From the NCBI GenBank assembly GCA_965205015.1, contig OZ242029.1, positions 1,344,001 to 1,408,000 on the forward strand: a stretch of DNA of 64,000 nucleotides, read 5' to 3'. Shown here piece after piece: positions 18,757 to 28,852 of this stretch. The notes under the pieces were generated by a model. That model saw only the letters and a list, made by a program, of their open reading frames with translations, made no database searches and was not told where the DNA came from. A program made the position numbers and the translations under genes. This stretch comes from Candidatus Poribacteria bacterium. GTDB lineage: Bacteria; Poribacteria; WGA-4E; WGA-3G. The number at the start of each line of letters is the position of its first letter. The first letter of the stretch is position 1.

Positions 18757-19569
18757 CTACGGTGCCCGTTTGAGGTACGCCCATCGGGTTGCGAGTTTTC
18801 CACCGGGTTCAACACTGAGAATCGCAGCCAACCCGACATCCATCGCTTCCTGGATTTCCGCTTCGGTCCGTGCGACATTGGAGATGCGTATCTCTTCAAT
18901 GACACCTTTCAATCCGTTGGCGTTATTGAGGTTCGGCACGCCGATTGTAATCGGATCGGCACTCTGAAACGTGGTCCCATTGGGTGCTTCGGTCTCCAAT
19001 TCACCATCAACATACGCGCGTCCCATTTTGCCATCATAGGTAAAGGCGAGATGATGCCACTTATCGTCGGTGATCTGGGTCGTGCCATCTATACTGAATC
19101 CACACTGCCCATTCGCCCCGATTTCCGAGTGTAGCACATGTTGATCTACATGGACCCAGATACCGTAGTTCCGATTGTTACACCCCGCCTGCTGTTTGCA
19201 GACGATGCCCTGCCATTTCCCTGTGCCTTCTGCCACCTTGACCCACGCTTCAATACTGAGTGTTTCTAATTCCAGTTTTTTTGTCGACTTGACGACGACG
19301 TATCCACTATCATTGCCAGGAAATTCCAAGCCTCCTCCGAACTTTGCCTTGACCCACTTCGGTTTCCCTGCGAATTCACCATCGTGACCGTTGCCGGAAG
19401 CGTCTTTCACGACATCACCGGCACCTTCCTCAAAGAGCCAGACAGCAACGGTGTGCTTGTCAACCGCTGCGTCTGTAGACAGCCCACCGAACAGTGCCAA
19501 AACCACTGCAGCGATGAAGAGTTGCTTGATGCTATAGATCGATTTTGTATCTGTAGTGTGCATAGTCAC
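18757..19569 (-). CDS. Secreted LamG/concanavalin A-like domain protein with C-terminal VEPGGKLATRW tail
   Basis: Signal peptide; WLFEEG, DASGNGHDG, SIEAW, WHHLAFTYDG, IEEIRI. Confidence 0.88.
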   Translation of the reverse strand: MTMHTTDTKSIYSIKQLFIAAVVLALFGGLSTDAAVDKHTVAVWLFEEGAGDVVKDASGNGHDGEFAGKPKWVKAKFGGGLEFPGNDSGYVVVKSTKKLELETLSIEAWVKVAEGTGKWQGIVCKQQAGCNNRNYGIWVHVDQHVLHSEIGANGQCGFSIDGTTQITDDKWHHLAFTYDGKMGRAYVDGELETEAPNGTTFQSADPITIGVPNLNNANGLKGVIEEIRISNVARTEAEIQEAMDVGLAAILSVEPGGKLATRWAYLKRAP

Positions 19570-19587
19570 TTCCCCCTTTATGGCTGT

Positions 19588-19616
19588 ATTCTACCAGAAT
19601 ACAAACCTTAAGTCAA
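19588..19616 (-). promoter_or_regulatory. Sigma70-type promoter TTGACT-17-TAGAAT
   Basis: Near-consensus hexamers with 17-bp spacer upstream of the LamG gene. Confidence 0.6.
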
Positions 19617-19667
19617 GCATTTGGTGGTACATTCGAGAGGTATTCAGTTTTTAGGGGTTGGACGTTA

Positions 19668-19712
19668 ATTGTCTGAATCAGGATTTACAAGATTTTAGGA
19701 TTGGCAGGATGA
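19668..19712 (+). repeat. ATTGTCTGAATC followed by ~9-10 bp periodic (G)GATT units (second copy at 25855-25902)
   Basis: Shared 12-mer and periodic tail in two intergenic regions. Confidence 0.55.
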
Positions 19713-19772
19713 GAAAATTTGCTTGATTGATAAATTGAACCTTCATGGGAGATCTAAATTAAGGGAAACTGA

Positions 19773-21183
19773 TTGACATACTCTCCAATCTAAAGATTGG
19801 AGATTCTGGTATCATCAAGAACCGCTTGCGATAGCAAGTCTAACGTTCTCTACTCCAAAGGTTGATGCCCCAACCTTAAGAATGTTAATAGCCGCGTTAA
19901 TATCGCGGTCGTGGTGAGTATTACAATGTTCACACGTCCATGTCCTATCACGCAATTCAAGAGAAACACGAGTATTACAGATGTGACACACAGAAGTTGT
20001 AGGTGGTCCATTGATCGATGCATTCAACACGTTTACCACGTTTCTTGGCTTGCCACTTGAGTTTCTGCGAGAATGCGTAGAACCCAATATCAGAGACTTT
20101 GCGACCCCAGATTCGTTTCATGCCATCAAGGTTCAACGTTTCAAAGAACAGAACATCAAATCTACGCACAAGTTCAAGAGCAAGTTTCCAGTGGTGATCT
20201 TCGCGTTGTCTCTTGACTTTGCGATGCGTACGTGCAGAGTGGTGTCGCGCACGTTCTCGGTTGTTACTTCCACGCTGTTTTGTGGAAAGTTTGCGATTCG
20301 CTGTTCTAACTTTATCAATAGACTCGGTGTAAAAATAGGGCGATTGATATTGTTTTCCATTTGAACACGTCAACATTGTTTTGACGCCCATATCAAACCC
20401 TGCAGCATTACCCGTCATTGGCTTGAGATGGGACTGAATGTGATCCGTAACAACAGACATGTAAAAATCGCCAAGGGCATCTTCTTTGATCGTAACAGTT
20501 TTGATAGTGCCAAATATAGGACGACTGAGATTAAATCTGTATGTTTTCCCCAGGATTGTCACGCGGTCACTGTAGATGCCGAATCCCTTATTACCAGCGA
20601 CAGGGACAGCAAACTTGTATCCAGAAGGACACATTGTGAACGAGTAAGGCTTACGAAACGATCGGAACCTTGGCGGTCGCTTCGCGATTTTCTTAAAGAA
20701 CCGCTGATAACCTTCATCAAGACGTTTGAGTATTTGGCGGGCTGCCCACGAATCTAACTCACGCCAATGTGCAAATATCTCGGGGTGTGATTTACGCAGT
20801 ATCGTGAACGCTCGCGACATCTCTTTGTAGGAGAGATACGGCAATCCAAGAGAATAGCGCGTGCGTTGCCACCCGAGAAAGTAGTTCCATATTGTCTGTG
20901 CGATCCACGTCTTTCGTTTTAAGTTCCGATTGCGTGGCGCACGAAAGAATTTGTAGAGTGCGGTATACATGGTGTTCCTTTACATGGTGATACCGCTTCT
21001 AAACGGTGCGGTGGCACTCCCAAGCGGGAGGTAGAATCCACCGCCACCATGTAAGAATATTAAACCACAATTTACAAAAAATATCAAGTGTTTTTTACTT
21101 AATTTTAGAGGTTTGGTCTAATTCACTAAAGCGGTTCTGTATCTCCCCGCTGAAGCGAGGGAGTTTTAGAACCGAAGGTTTTG
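19773..21183 (-). mobile_element. IS200/IS605-superfamily element, tnpB-only (IS1341-like)
   Basis: Right-end hairpin TCTCCAATC-TAAA-GATTGGAGA followed by TCAA; left-end hairpin CTCCCTCGC-TTCA-GCGGGGAG preceded by TTAT; no tnpA. Confidence 0.8.
19815..20970 (-). pseudogene. tnpB: RNA-guided endonuclease TnpB, frameshifted near 20008
   Basis: RuvC GFDMG and FETL in one frame; zinc finger CHIC/CEHC and DRDINAAINI in another frame. Confidence 0.88.
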
Positions 21184-21207
21184 ATAACGCCTCGAGAGAT
21201 TAAAATG

Positions 21208-21236
21208 TTGACATGAGACCCTGTATCGCATATAAT
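21208..21236 (+). promoter_or_regulatory. Consensus sigma70 promoter TTGACA-17-TATAAT
   Basis: Perfect hexamers and spacer upstream of the oxidoreductase pair. Confidence 0.8.
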
Positions 21237-21307
21237 TTCGCATGTTCACTTGTCGGCGCGTGTTGGAGACGCGTGAATCATGAGTTGAACACACAAGGAG
21301 GCTTTAC

Positions 21308-22477
21308 ATGGCAGAACGAATTAAAATGGGATTGGTCGGATGCGGCGGTATGTCGGGTGCCCACATGGGTGGGTATCGCGAACTCTGGTCGAAAGGAATC
21401 AGGGATTATGAGATCGTGGCGGCGTGTGACATCGCAGTCGAACGCGCCGAAGAACGGGCAGCTCAGGCGCATGAGTTCCAAGGCGGCACGAAACCAGCCA
21501 TCTATACAGACCTCGATGAGATGCTGGCAAAACATCCTGATCTGGCGTGCGTTGACATCTGTGCGCTCCATAGTGCACATCATACACTCGCCGTGCCTGC
21601 GCTCGATGCTGGAAAACACGTTATCATTGAAAAACCGTTCGGTATTACAATGCGGGCATGTAAACTGATGATGGAAGCTGCGGATCGCAACGACAGGATT
21701 ATCTCCGTCGCTGAAAACTATCGTCTGGCACGTATCCAACGCGCCCGCAGCTGGGCAATCGCGCAAGGACGTATCGGTGATCCCCGCATGTTCTTCTGGG
21801 TAGAGGTCAGCGAAGGTTTAGGGAAATGGGGGTGGCGTAACTTTAAGATGGATGCCGGCGGCGGTTGGGCATTAGACGGCGGTGTGCACTTCACGGACCT
21901 GATGCGCTATATCCTCGGTATGGAAGCCGAGGAGGTTTACGCGATTAACAAGGCTTACGAACCTTTCCGCTACGACAACGCTGCAGAAAGAGAAGGTGGA
22001 TACGCCGTTGACGTTGAGGACGCCATGATCGCCACTATCAAGTTTGAGCAGGGCGTTACAGCACAGTGGACATGGGTCGGCTCTGCTCCCGGACACGGGT
22101 TCCGTCAACATACCGTTTACGGCAGTGAAGGCTCGCTGGATTGGAATCACGGGTTAGTGCCGCGCAGCGGCGAACCGATCTCCAACGATGACCTCATGCA
22201 GGCGTTTACGGATAGCCTCAGCGACTCGGAACGGGAATACTACTTCCCGAGCGGTGTGGAAGATACCGTGGCGATTGAACTGAAATATTTCGCCGATGCC
22301 ATTCGGAGCGGTGGCAAACCGGAAGTGGATGCCGTCGAAGGGATGCGATCAGAAGCCATCTGCATGGCAGTCTACGAATCGGGATGGTTCGGGCGCCCCG
22401 TGACGATTGAGGAGATCGAAAATTGTGAGTTGGAAGGCTATCAGAAAGAGATTAACGACAAGTTAGGGATTGGCTAA
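21308..22477 (+). CDS. Gfo/Idh/MocA family oxidoreductase
   Basis: GCGGM, AGKHVIIEKP, LDGGVH; AAGGAGG RBS. Confidence 0.92.
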   Translation: MAERIKMGLVGCGGMSGAHMGGYRELWSKGIRDYEIVAACDIAVERAEERAAQAHEFQGGTKPAIYTDLDEMLAKHPDLACVDICALHSAHHTLAVPALDAGKHVIIEKPFGITMRACKLMMEAADRNDRIISVAENYRLARIQRARSWAIAQGRIGDPRMFFWVEVSEGLGKWGWRNFKMDAGGGWALDGGVHFTDLMRYILGMEAEEVYAINKAYEPFRYDNAAEREGGYAVDVEDAMIATIKFEQGVTAQWTWVGSAPGHGFRQHTVYGSEGSLDWNHGLVPRSGEPISNDDLMQAFTDSLSDSEREYYFPSGVEDTVAIELKYFADAIRSGGKPEVDAVEGMRSEAICMAVYESGWFGRPVTIEEIENCELEGYQKEINDKLGIG

Positions 22478-22535
22478 ATGCAAATTTGCGGACAAATTAG
22501 CCCGGCTGGGTTAATTTGCCCATACGGAGCAGACA

Positions 22536-23336
22536 ATGGACCGATTGAACGGGAAAGTTGCGATTGTTACAGGTGCCGGCAAAAAAGGGGAGGTCGACGG
22601 CACCGGCTATTCGACATCAATGCTCTTCGCAAGAGAGGGCGCGAAAGTGCTGTTGGCGGACATTTCCCCTGAGAATGCTAACGCCACGCTGGCAGAAATT
22701 GAGGCAGAAGGCGGCGAAGCCGCGACCTTCATCGGCGATCTGTCCACGGAGGAAGCCTGTGCCGGGATGGTAGAAGCCGCCGTCGAAAACTTTGGCAAAG
22801 TGAACGTGCTTTTTAACAACGTCGGGCTTGGCGGCGGCGGGACGGTCACGCAGGTGGACGAGGCGAAGTGGGACAGAGTCATGGATGTCAATCTCAAAAG
22901 CATGATTATGGCGTGCAAACACGCCGTGCCACGAATGGCTGAGGCAGGAGGCGGCTCAATTATTAACGTTTCGTCCATCGACGCGTTGCGCGCGGGTTGG
23001 GTTCGAAATCTGCCCTACGCGGCTGCGAAGGGTGGGATGATTTCCGCAACAACGGTGATGGCAGTTCACCACGGACGAGATAACATTCGGGTGAATTGTA
23101 TCGCGCCCGGACATCTTTACGCCTCATTTCCCGCGCCGTATTTGAGTGAAGCGGAGCGGGAGCGGCGTCGACTTATCGGACCGCTTGGGACAGAGGGAAC
23201 CGCCTGGGATGTCGCGTGGGCAACCGTTTTCCTCGCCAGTGATGAGTCGAAATGGATCTCTGGTGTCACGATTCCGATTGATGCGGGGTTACTGGCGGCG
23301 ACACCGCTCGCTGTTGTGCATCAACTGGATGAATAA
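22536..23336 (+). CDS. SDR family NAD(P)-dependent oxidoreductase
   Basis: VTGAG, NNVG, YAAAK, IRVNCIAPG. Confidence 0.93.
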   Translation: MDRLNGKVAIVTGAGKKGEVDGTGYSTSMLFAREGAKVLLADISPENANATLAEIEAEGGEAATFIGDLSTEEACAGMVEAAVENFGKVNVLFNNVGLGGGGTVTQVDEAKWDRVMDVNLKSMIMACKHAVPRMAEAGGGSIINVSSIDALRAGWVRNLPYAAAKGGMISATTVMAVHHGRDNIRVNCIAPGHLYASFPAPYLSEAERERRRLIGPLGTEGTAWDVAWATVFLASDESKWISGVTIPIDAGLLAATPLAVVHQLDE

Positions 23337-23354
23337 GAACAGCAATACGATCAG

Positions 23355-23387
23355 AAAAACGGGCAACGGACCGAAGTCCATTGCCCG
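23355..23387 (-). terminator. Hairpin terminator between convergent genes
   Basis: CGGGCAA.GGAC-CGAA-GTCC.TTGCCCG with adjacent A5. Confidence 0.65.
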
Positions 23388-23425
23388 CTGGTTATTTCAG
23401 GGATTGGAATTAGAATATCCCTTGG

Positions 23426-25645
23426 TTAATCTCGTAAGCGTTTCAATTGTCCCCACTGTGTTGTTAGCTTACCTTTAGCAGAGACCAACCCTCTCAAGCG
23501 GACTGTCGCCAATGTTTGGCGCTCACCAGCAAAAGATACGTCCTCAATTTGATAGTAGTAGACGAGGTTCGGCTTCGCTGTGGTGTCTGTCCACGTGTAA
23601 GTCGTGCTTTCCGCAGTCGTACCTGCTCCCGGAATCAATTGGGCGTTGATGACTTTGAATTCACCCGTCCTCGTTTGACTGCGTAATATATTGAATCCGG
23701 CGTTATCCATTTCGGATTGGGTGGTCCAATGGATGACGACCGTGCCGGCTTCCGTGCGGTCTGGACGGAAGTGGGAGAGCTGAACGGGGAGCTCGCCACC
23801 AGCACGGATGCCGGGGCTCCCGTGATCGGAGGGACCGCCATACCACACCTCAAGTCTTTTTTCCGATAGATACAAGAAACTGGTTTCTGCTGCGGGGATC
23901 CATCCGTCTGCCCGAGTGCCATCACGTGCTCTTTGTCTGTTATATCTGCGGATGATTGAGGTCCGGTCGTTGTCTGATGTCCATCCACTCGGCAATTGCC
24001 ATGTGGGTGAATCGGCGGTCCGGGTTCTCCCATCAAGGTTACCCACTTGATCGGCGAGGTTATTTTTTCCATCGATGAGTTGGATGTGGAACCCGCTCGT
24101 TGGGTTCAAGAACGGAGCTCGCCGGGTCCTCATCCCAAAGTCAGCGGCGAGCTCTGCGTAGACATCGAAGACACGGGTGGATACAAAATGAGCGTTATTT
24201 GATCTTTTATACGTATTACCCGAGTTTCTGCCCGTTGTTGAGACGATGAGCACTGTTTGCCTCGGGGGGATGGTTTTCACCCTACCACTATTTTTAAAAT
24301 TAATCACCCCGGAGAAGGGGTCTTCCCTTGAGCGAGGATCGTTATAGTTTTCAATGGCCAGCTCCCATCCGGCATCCGCATCTAAGGCAACGGCTTGGGT
24401 ATCAGAACTATTGAAGAGTTCAATCCATTGGATGTCATTTGTGCCGCCCTCGGTAGCGAACATGATTTCACTGATCGTCACTGTTCCGGTGAGATCTCTG
24501 ACGCTCCCTTGTCTTGGCGTGGTGTCTGGGGTTGCGGGTGGCGCGCCGGTTGCGGCGACTGTAAAGGTGCGTGCGGGGGAAGGCGTTGCGACGTTTGGAA
24601 CTCCACCTGCGTCTGTGACTGCCCCGGCGTTGACTTGTACCGTCACCGTCGCCACCCTGGAATTGGGCGTGAGCGTTGCGACGTAACTATTTGTATTGGG
24701 GATCGCGAAGAGGGCAGGGATTGAGCCGCCGATGACGGTGATTTCATTCGGAACCAGCGTGGCATCCGTCTGAAGGGGTTCGTCAAAAGTGATCGTTATG
24801 GGGAACACACCGCCGCCTACCGGAGGCTTTCCTGTAATCGTGGCGACGGGCCCGGTGGTATCTACGGTAAATGTACCTTTTGGAAAGATATAGGAGCCGT
24901 TACTCGAGGCTTCCACTGTTACCTCTGTTCTGCCGACAACGGGGAGAATTGTCACTGTCCACACTCTTTTGGCAGCGTCAGATGACAGGCTATCAACATA
25001 TCCGTTGGTGACCTTGAGATCGACAGATCTCAGTGTAATTGCCTGTGTTGAGGTTAAGGTCACGGTAAACGGTGCATTGCCACTAATAGATTTATCAGGG
25101 GACAGTATGAGCGGGGGTGCTGCACTTCGGATTATTTCGACTGATTTTGTTACAGCATGTTCAGGGACAAGAGCTCCGCGTACAAACGTGCCGCCGGAAA
25201 AATCGTCTTGGGTTCGTGCAGATCCTGCTGGCACTGCTATATTTACCTTACTCACATTACCCTTAACAGTGATTGTCGTTGTCCACACCGCACTATCTGT
25301 AGTTGTAAGACGAGCGGCTGTGGCACCGTTTAGAACAAGATTGTCGTTGCTATTTAAACCCTGCAACACAATATCACTGACATCAAAGCCGGTGACTGGG
25401 GTATTAACCGGATTAGGAACAGCGGGATTTTCCTGAAACGTAATGGTCAGCGGAAAAGAAACGGTTTCGGCTCTGATACCGTATCTCTGTATGCCCGTTG
25501 TGTCCGCGTCACCGTCAACATCCGCTAATTCATCCGGCACCGACAGGACTGGTATTACTGCGATTGCGGGGATTGCAACGAAGGCGAGCCCGGTAACGAG
25601 TAACACCGCTAAAACTACGGAATACGTCAATTTATTACAGAACAT
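23426..25645 (-). CDS. Secreted protein with Ig-like repeats, lamin-tail domain, LPVxLxxF domain and C-terminal KGKLTTQW tail
   Basis: Signal peptide; ITFxE Ig-like repeats; VTISEIM...QWIELFN; ELPVQLSHF...WTTQSEMDNAGF. Confidence 0.8.
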   Translation of the reverse strand: MFCNKLTYSVVLAVLLVTGLAFVAIPAIAVIPVLSVPDELADVDGDADTTGIQRYGIRAETVSFPLTITFQENPAVPNPVNTPVTGFDVSDIVLQGLNSNDNLVLNGATAARLTTTDSAVWTTTITVKGNVSKVNIAVPAGSARTQDDFSGGTFVRGALVPEHAVTKSVEIIRSAAPPLILSPDKSISGNAPFTVTLTSTQAITLRSVDLKVTNGYVDSLSSDAAKRVWTVTILPVVGRTEVTVEASSNGSYIFPKGTFTVDTTGPVATITGKPPVGGGVFPITITFDEPLQTDATLVPNEITVIGGSIPALFAIPNTNSYVATLTPNSRVATVTVQVNAGAVTDAGGVPNVATPSPARTFTVAATGAPPATPDTTPRQGSVRDLTGTVTISEIMFATEGGTNDIQWIELFNSSDTQAVALDADAGWELAIENYNDPRSREDPFSGVINFKNSGRVKTIPPRQTVLIVSTTGRNSGNTYKRSNNAHFVSTRVFDVYAELAADFGMRTRRAPFLNPTSGFHIQLIDGKNNLADQVGNLDGRTRTADSPTWQLPSGWTSDNDRTSIIRRYNRQRARDGTRADGWIPAAETSFLYLSEKRLEVWYGGPSDHGSPGIRAGGELPVQLSHFRPDRTEAGTVVIHWTTQSEMDNAGFNILRSQTRTGEFKVINAQLIPGAGTTAESTTYTWTDTTAKPNLVYYYQIEDVSFAGERQTLATVRLRGLVSAKGKLTTQWGQLKRLRD

Positions 25646-26011
25646 TCGTCATTCTCCTCCTTCAGGCACATTCAAACGCGGGAATATGTTTGGGACCTTG
25701 ATTTAGGTATTTTTCTCCTTAGATGTGGTTTCCAATCGCGCGCGAATTCTTAAAATTTTTCTCCTGAAGTAAGGTAACGCTATTTTTTCGAAAGGTGTTA
25801 CGAAAAAATGGGATAAAAGCAGGGATAACGCGTCAGATTCGGTGAGGTGTGTATATTGTCTGAATCGCGGATTGACGCGGATTTTACAGATTTCGCGGAT
25901 TTTTTGTTAGCCGCGGACCATCAATTGGTAGATATTAGAATTAATTAGGCACTCTGAGTTGGCGAGGTTCGGGAACCTCGCCAGCGATTGGTCTGTGCTG
26001 CTAATGTGACG

Positions 26012-26542
26012 TTAGAACTGCGCGGGGAAATTTCCGCGGGCGGCATCCATGACTTCGCCTGTGATTTCATCGTAGCCGTTGTCTTTGGCGAAACTTTCAA
26101 TTCCCATTTTCGCCATCGGACGGACAAACGCTGGGATGCGTTCCAAGCGTTCAAGTGCCTCGGCTGACCAGACGGGACCGCTCGGCTCGGCAGGCTCGAC
26201 CTCTTCCTGAAATGCGTCCGAGATGACACCGGTAAAGGGACATTTGCCGCCTTCAGCTGTTCCGTCTGAAGGCATTCCTGGGGAATACTCGTTCGGCATT
26301 GCTTCGGTTTTTGCGGTTTCTAACTGTGAACGCACCATCTGCATCGGCTGCGCGGTTTCGTTGTTCCCACCGAGTTTGAGATCCAAGGATTTTAGCATCT
26401 GGGTCTCCCACGGATTCAGGAACATGGCGATCTCTGTGAAACAGTCGGGACATTCAAAAAGCGCCGTCACGGAGCCTTGTTCGGGACGGGTTACGTCTTT
26501 AAATTTCATCGCTGTGTCACAATCCGTACATAGAAACTTCAT
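26012..26542 (-). CDS. Zn-ribbon/rubredoxin-like + PCP_red (BchB C-terminal-like) domain protein
   Basis: CTDC...CPDC; WSAEALERLERIPAFVRPMAK; start at MKFLC after AAGGA. Confidence 0.8.
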   Translation of the reverse strand: MKFLCTDCDTAMKFKDVTRPEQGSVTALFECPDCFTEIAMFLNPWETQMLKSLDLKLGGNNETAQPMQMVRSQLETAKTEAMPNEYSPGMPSDGTAEGGKCPFTGVISDAFQEEVEPAEPSGPVWSAEALERLERIPAFVRPMAKMGIESFAKDNGYDEITGEVMDAARGNFPAQF

Positions 26543-26584
26543 TTTTTTATTTTCCTTTTTTAATTTAACGCAAATTGCCCCCCT

Positions 26585-26721
26585 ATAGCATAATCTGTTA
26601 GATTGTGCGTATGGGGGCGCGAACTGAAAGCTTACGCTACGAAACACCCGAGAATGATGAACGGTTTACAGTTAAGAACGGGGCTGCATGTCTAAAATCT
26701 TGTCCGTAGCAACTTGGGTTA
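26585..26721. repeat. ~136-bp composite repeat, copy 1 (REP doublet + CTAAAATCTTGT...CTTGGGTTA)
   Basis: Colinear with 27749-27884. Confidence 0.8.
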
Positions 26722-26728
26722 AATAGTC

Positions 26729-27646
26729 CTAGCGTAGCGGATTTATGGAGTTCGGCTCGTCACCATTATCACCTTCATTTTGGTGAATAAGTGGACAAAT
26801 GCCCTCAAACTCAAGAATGGTAGCGTCCCTGATTGGAAAATACTGGTGTCTTCGTCCCTTAAAACGCACCTTTAATGCCGCGCCTTTTTGCATTTTTTGA
26901 TAACGCGGATGCCAATAACCGCCATTTAAGGGAAACGGGAATTCCACTGACTCCTGGAGTTCTAACTCCAATTGGAGGATTTCCTCAACCGTGTGTGTCA
27001 ATTTTAAAAAAAGCACCGATACTAGATGGACAAATTTCTTGAACTGCTGAGGCGTTTCTCGGAAAACCCGGTAGAGTTGAGGAGTAGGAGATTCGTGGAC
27101 TTCCAAACCATTCGGGTACTGTAATGAGAGTCCGTTACGAACACGATATTCGCCTAACCAAGGGGTTGCAGGACCAAGTTTATCATCCAGAAGTATCCGC
27201 TTTGCGCGCAGTTCGGCAATCTGGTCACCTACTAGGTCACCGAAAGGTTTTTCATTATGTATGCCTTGCTCATCGCTCTGTTTCAGCGTGACTGTCCAAC
27301 CAGAGGAAGTTTTCTCGACTGATCGCGGCGTAACCCAGGTGGCATATTCTCGGTGTGCAAAAGCGATATCGTCACCATCCCACACTTTTAATGAATGCAA
27401 AAAGTCAATTTCTTCGGGTAACTCCGGCAGCAGTTTAAGGAAAATTTCCGATGAATTCAGGCACACCTCTTGCACTCGGACAAAATACTGTATCCGTTTT
27501 GTTGTCCGTAAAAGCACATACTCGCAACGCTCAATTTCGACAGTATTCGGAACGAATGTGCTTTTCGTGTCATCACGAGGGTTTGTGGAAAGTGCAGACT
27601 TCCGGTACCTTTCCATGAAAGTGAGTTCATAGATGTGTTGTGGCAT
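26729..27646 (-). CDS. Hypothetical protein
   Basis: 305-aa ORF with AGGAG RBS; no family recognised with confidence. Confidence 0.7.
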   Translation of the reverse strand: MPQHIYELTFMERYRKSALSTNPRDDTKSTFVPNTVEIERCEYVLLRTTKRIQYFVRVQEVCLNSSEIFLKLLPELPEEIDFLHSLKVWDGDDIAFAHREYATWVTPRSVEKTSSGWTVTLKQSDEQGIHNEKPFGDLVGDQIAELRAKRILLDDKLGPATPWLGEYRVRNGLSLQYPNGLEVHESPTPQLYRVFRETPQQFKKFVHLVSVLFLKLTHTVEEILQLELELQESVEFPFPLNGGYWHPRYQKMQKGAALKVRFKGRRHQYFPIRDATILEFEGICPLIHQNEGDNGDEPNSINPLR

Positions 27647-27712
27647 TGTTTCAATCTCCTAGTGGAGAGTGAGTTCATAGACGAGTCGTGGGATTTTTTC
27701 AATCTCCTAGTG
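27621..27712. repeat. 48-bp-period tandem duplication covering the RBS and start of the 26729 gene
   Basis: GTGAGTTCATAGA...TTTCAATCTCCTAGTG occurs twice. Confidence 0.8.
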
Positions 27713-27748
27713 AAGTTCGTTCCTACTATAACCTTAGTTGCCATTTTC

Positions 27749-27884
27749 GTAGCATAATCTGTTAGATTGTGCTTATGGGGCACAAACTGAAAGTTTAGGC
27801 TACCTACCTCTGCAGATAATAAACCATCTTTCATGAAAAACGGTATCCGCACACCTAAAATCTTGTAAGTCGCAGCTTGGGTTA
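27749..27884. repeat. ~136-bp composite repeat, copy 2
   Basis: Colinear with 26585-26721; abuts the stop codon of the 27885 gene. Confidence 0.8.
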
Positions 27885-28610
27885 CTATAGATCGGCTGAT
27901 GTCGGGGCTCGAGAGTCAATAATCCGAAGCAGATGACTCGCAAAGATTATTAATTCCGCTGCTTCTTCCGCAGTAACGGGCACGCTTCGATGGCTGTGCG
28001 GATTTTTGTAAAGTCCAATTGCCCCTGCAAACAAATGTGATGTAGCCTGCCTTTCCGCTTCTGGTTGACTCGCGTCTGCTAATGTACCTCGTTCATGGTG
28101 GAACGCCTGTCGCATCAAGTCAATCCCGTAATATTCAGCATATCCGGAAACACTACGCACTGCTACTTCAACTGCCTTGAATGCCTGGAGTACAGCTGTA
28201 TCATAACGACCTCGTGAAAAGAGGAACCAAATATCTTCGGCTATCGTAGGGGGCAAAAGTTGTCTAGGCAACAGATTCGCTTGGCGATAGGCTTCCAAAG
28301 CAACTGCGTTTTTTACACGTTCTCCTCGCCTCGTAATAGAAACCATATCCGGGTGAAATCCCGGGGTCGGTATAATAAATCCTTCATTTTCCAGCCACTG
28401 CCACGCTTCCCTGAGTGCTCTAATAATGTCCTCATGATGCTCCCCGGGGTATTCTGCAACCGTCTGTGGTAGACTGAAATTAGGAAGGCTGAACTGGCTA
28501 TCTGATTCCGGTAAGGAATGAAGATATTCCAAAACGACTCCAGCTAATTCCTCCGGTTCAAGACTCAGCAAGAGTTCATGATCAGGCATTAATTCATAGA
28601 TAGACGACAT
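27885..28610 (-). CDS. TIGR02391/Ymh family protein (HEPN-like)
   Basis: YDTAVLQAFKAVEVAVR, GIDLMRQAF, LFAGAIGLYKNPHSH; start uncertain. Confidence 0.8.
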   Translation of the reverse strand: MSSIYELMPDHELLLSLEPEELAGVVLEYLHSLPESDSQFSLPNFSLPQTVAEYPGEHHEDIIRALREAWQWLENEGFIIPTPGFHPDMVSITRRGERVKNAVALEAYRQANLLPRQLLPPTIAEDIWFLFSRGRYDTAVLQAFKAVEVAVRSVSGYAEYYGIDLMRQAFHHERGTLADASQPEAERQATSHLFAGAIGLYKNPHSHRSVPVTAEEAAELIIFASHLLRIIDSRAPTSADL

Positions 28611-28658
28611 AATACCATTTCCAAAAGGAGCACACAAATTGTATAAGTTCTACAACCA

Positions 28659-28687
28659 ATTATAACCTATCCAAAGCAGGAAGTCAA
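28659..28687 (-). promoter_or_regulatory. Sigma70-type promoter TTGACT-17-TATAAT
   Basis: Near-consensus; gives the Ymh gene its own promoter inside the co-directional run. Confidence 0.7.
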
Positions 28688-28852
28688 AGAAATCTCATGC
28701 CGACACTGATGCCGAAGACTGTTATCCGCTCTAAACATTTTCAGATTTTTTACAGAAGCCTACCCCAAGTCTTGAATATTCTCAACCATCTCCGGATCCT
28801 TGTCAGGTCTGATATAGTAAACCCGAAAATCTGAAACTTCATACAGTTCGTG

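Noticed and set aside
19637-19655. Second ISAs1 end (GAGGTATTCAGTTTT)
   Set aside because: Partial match only, with no partner repeat, target duplication or transposase.
19990-20020. Programmed frameshift in tnpB
   Set aside because: No slippery run at the junction; simple mutation or sequencing error is more likely.
26585-27884. Integron attC sites after the two cassette-like genes
   Set aside because: TAAC follows the stops, but I could not find a matching GTTRRRY end with R/L box pairing, and no integrase is present.
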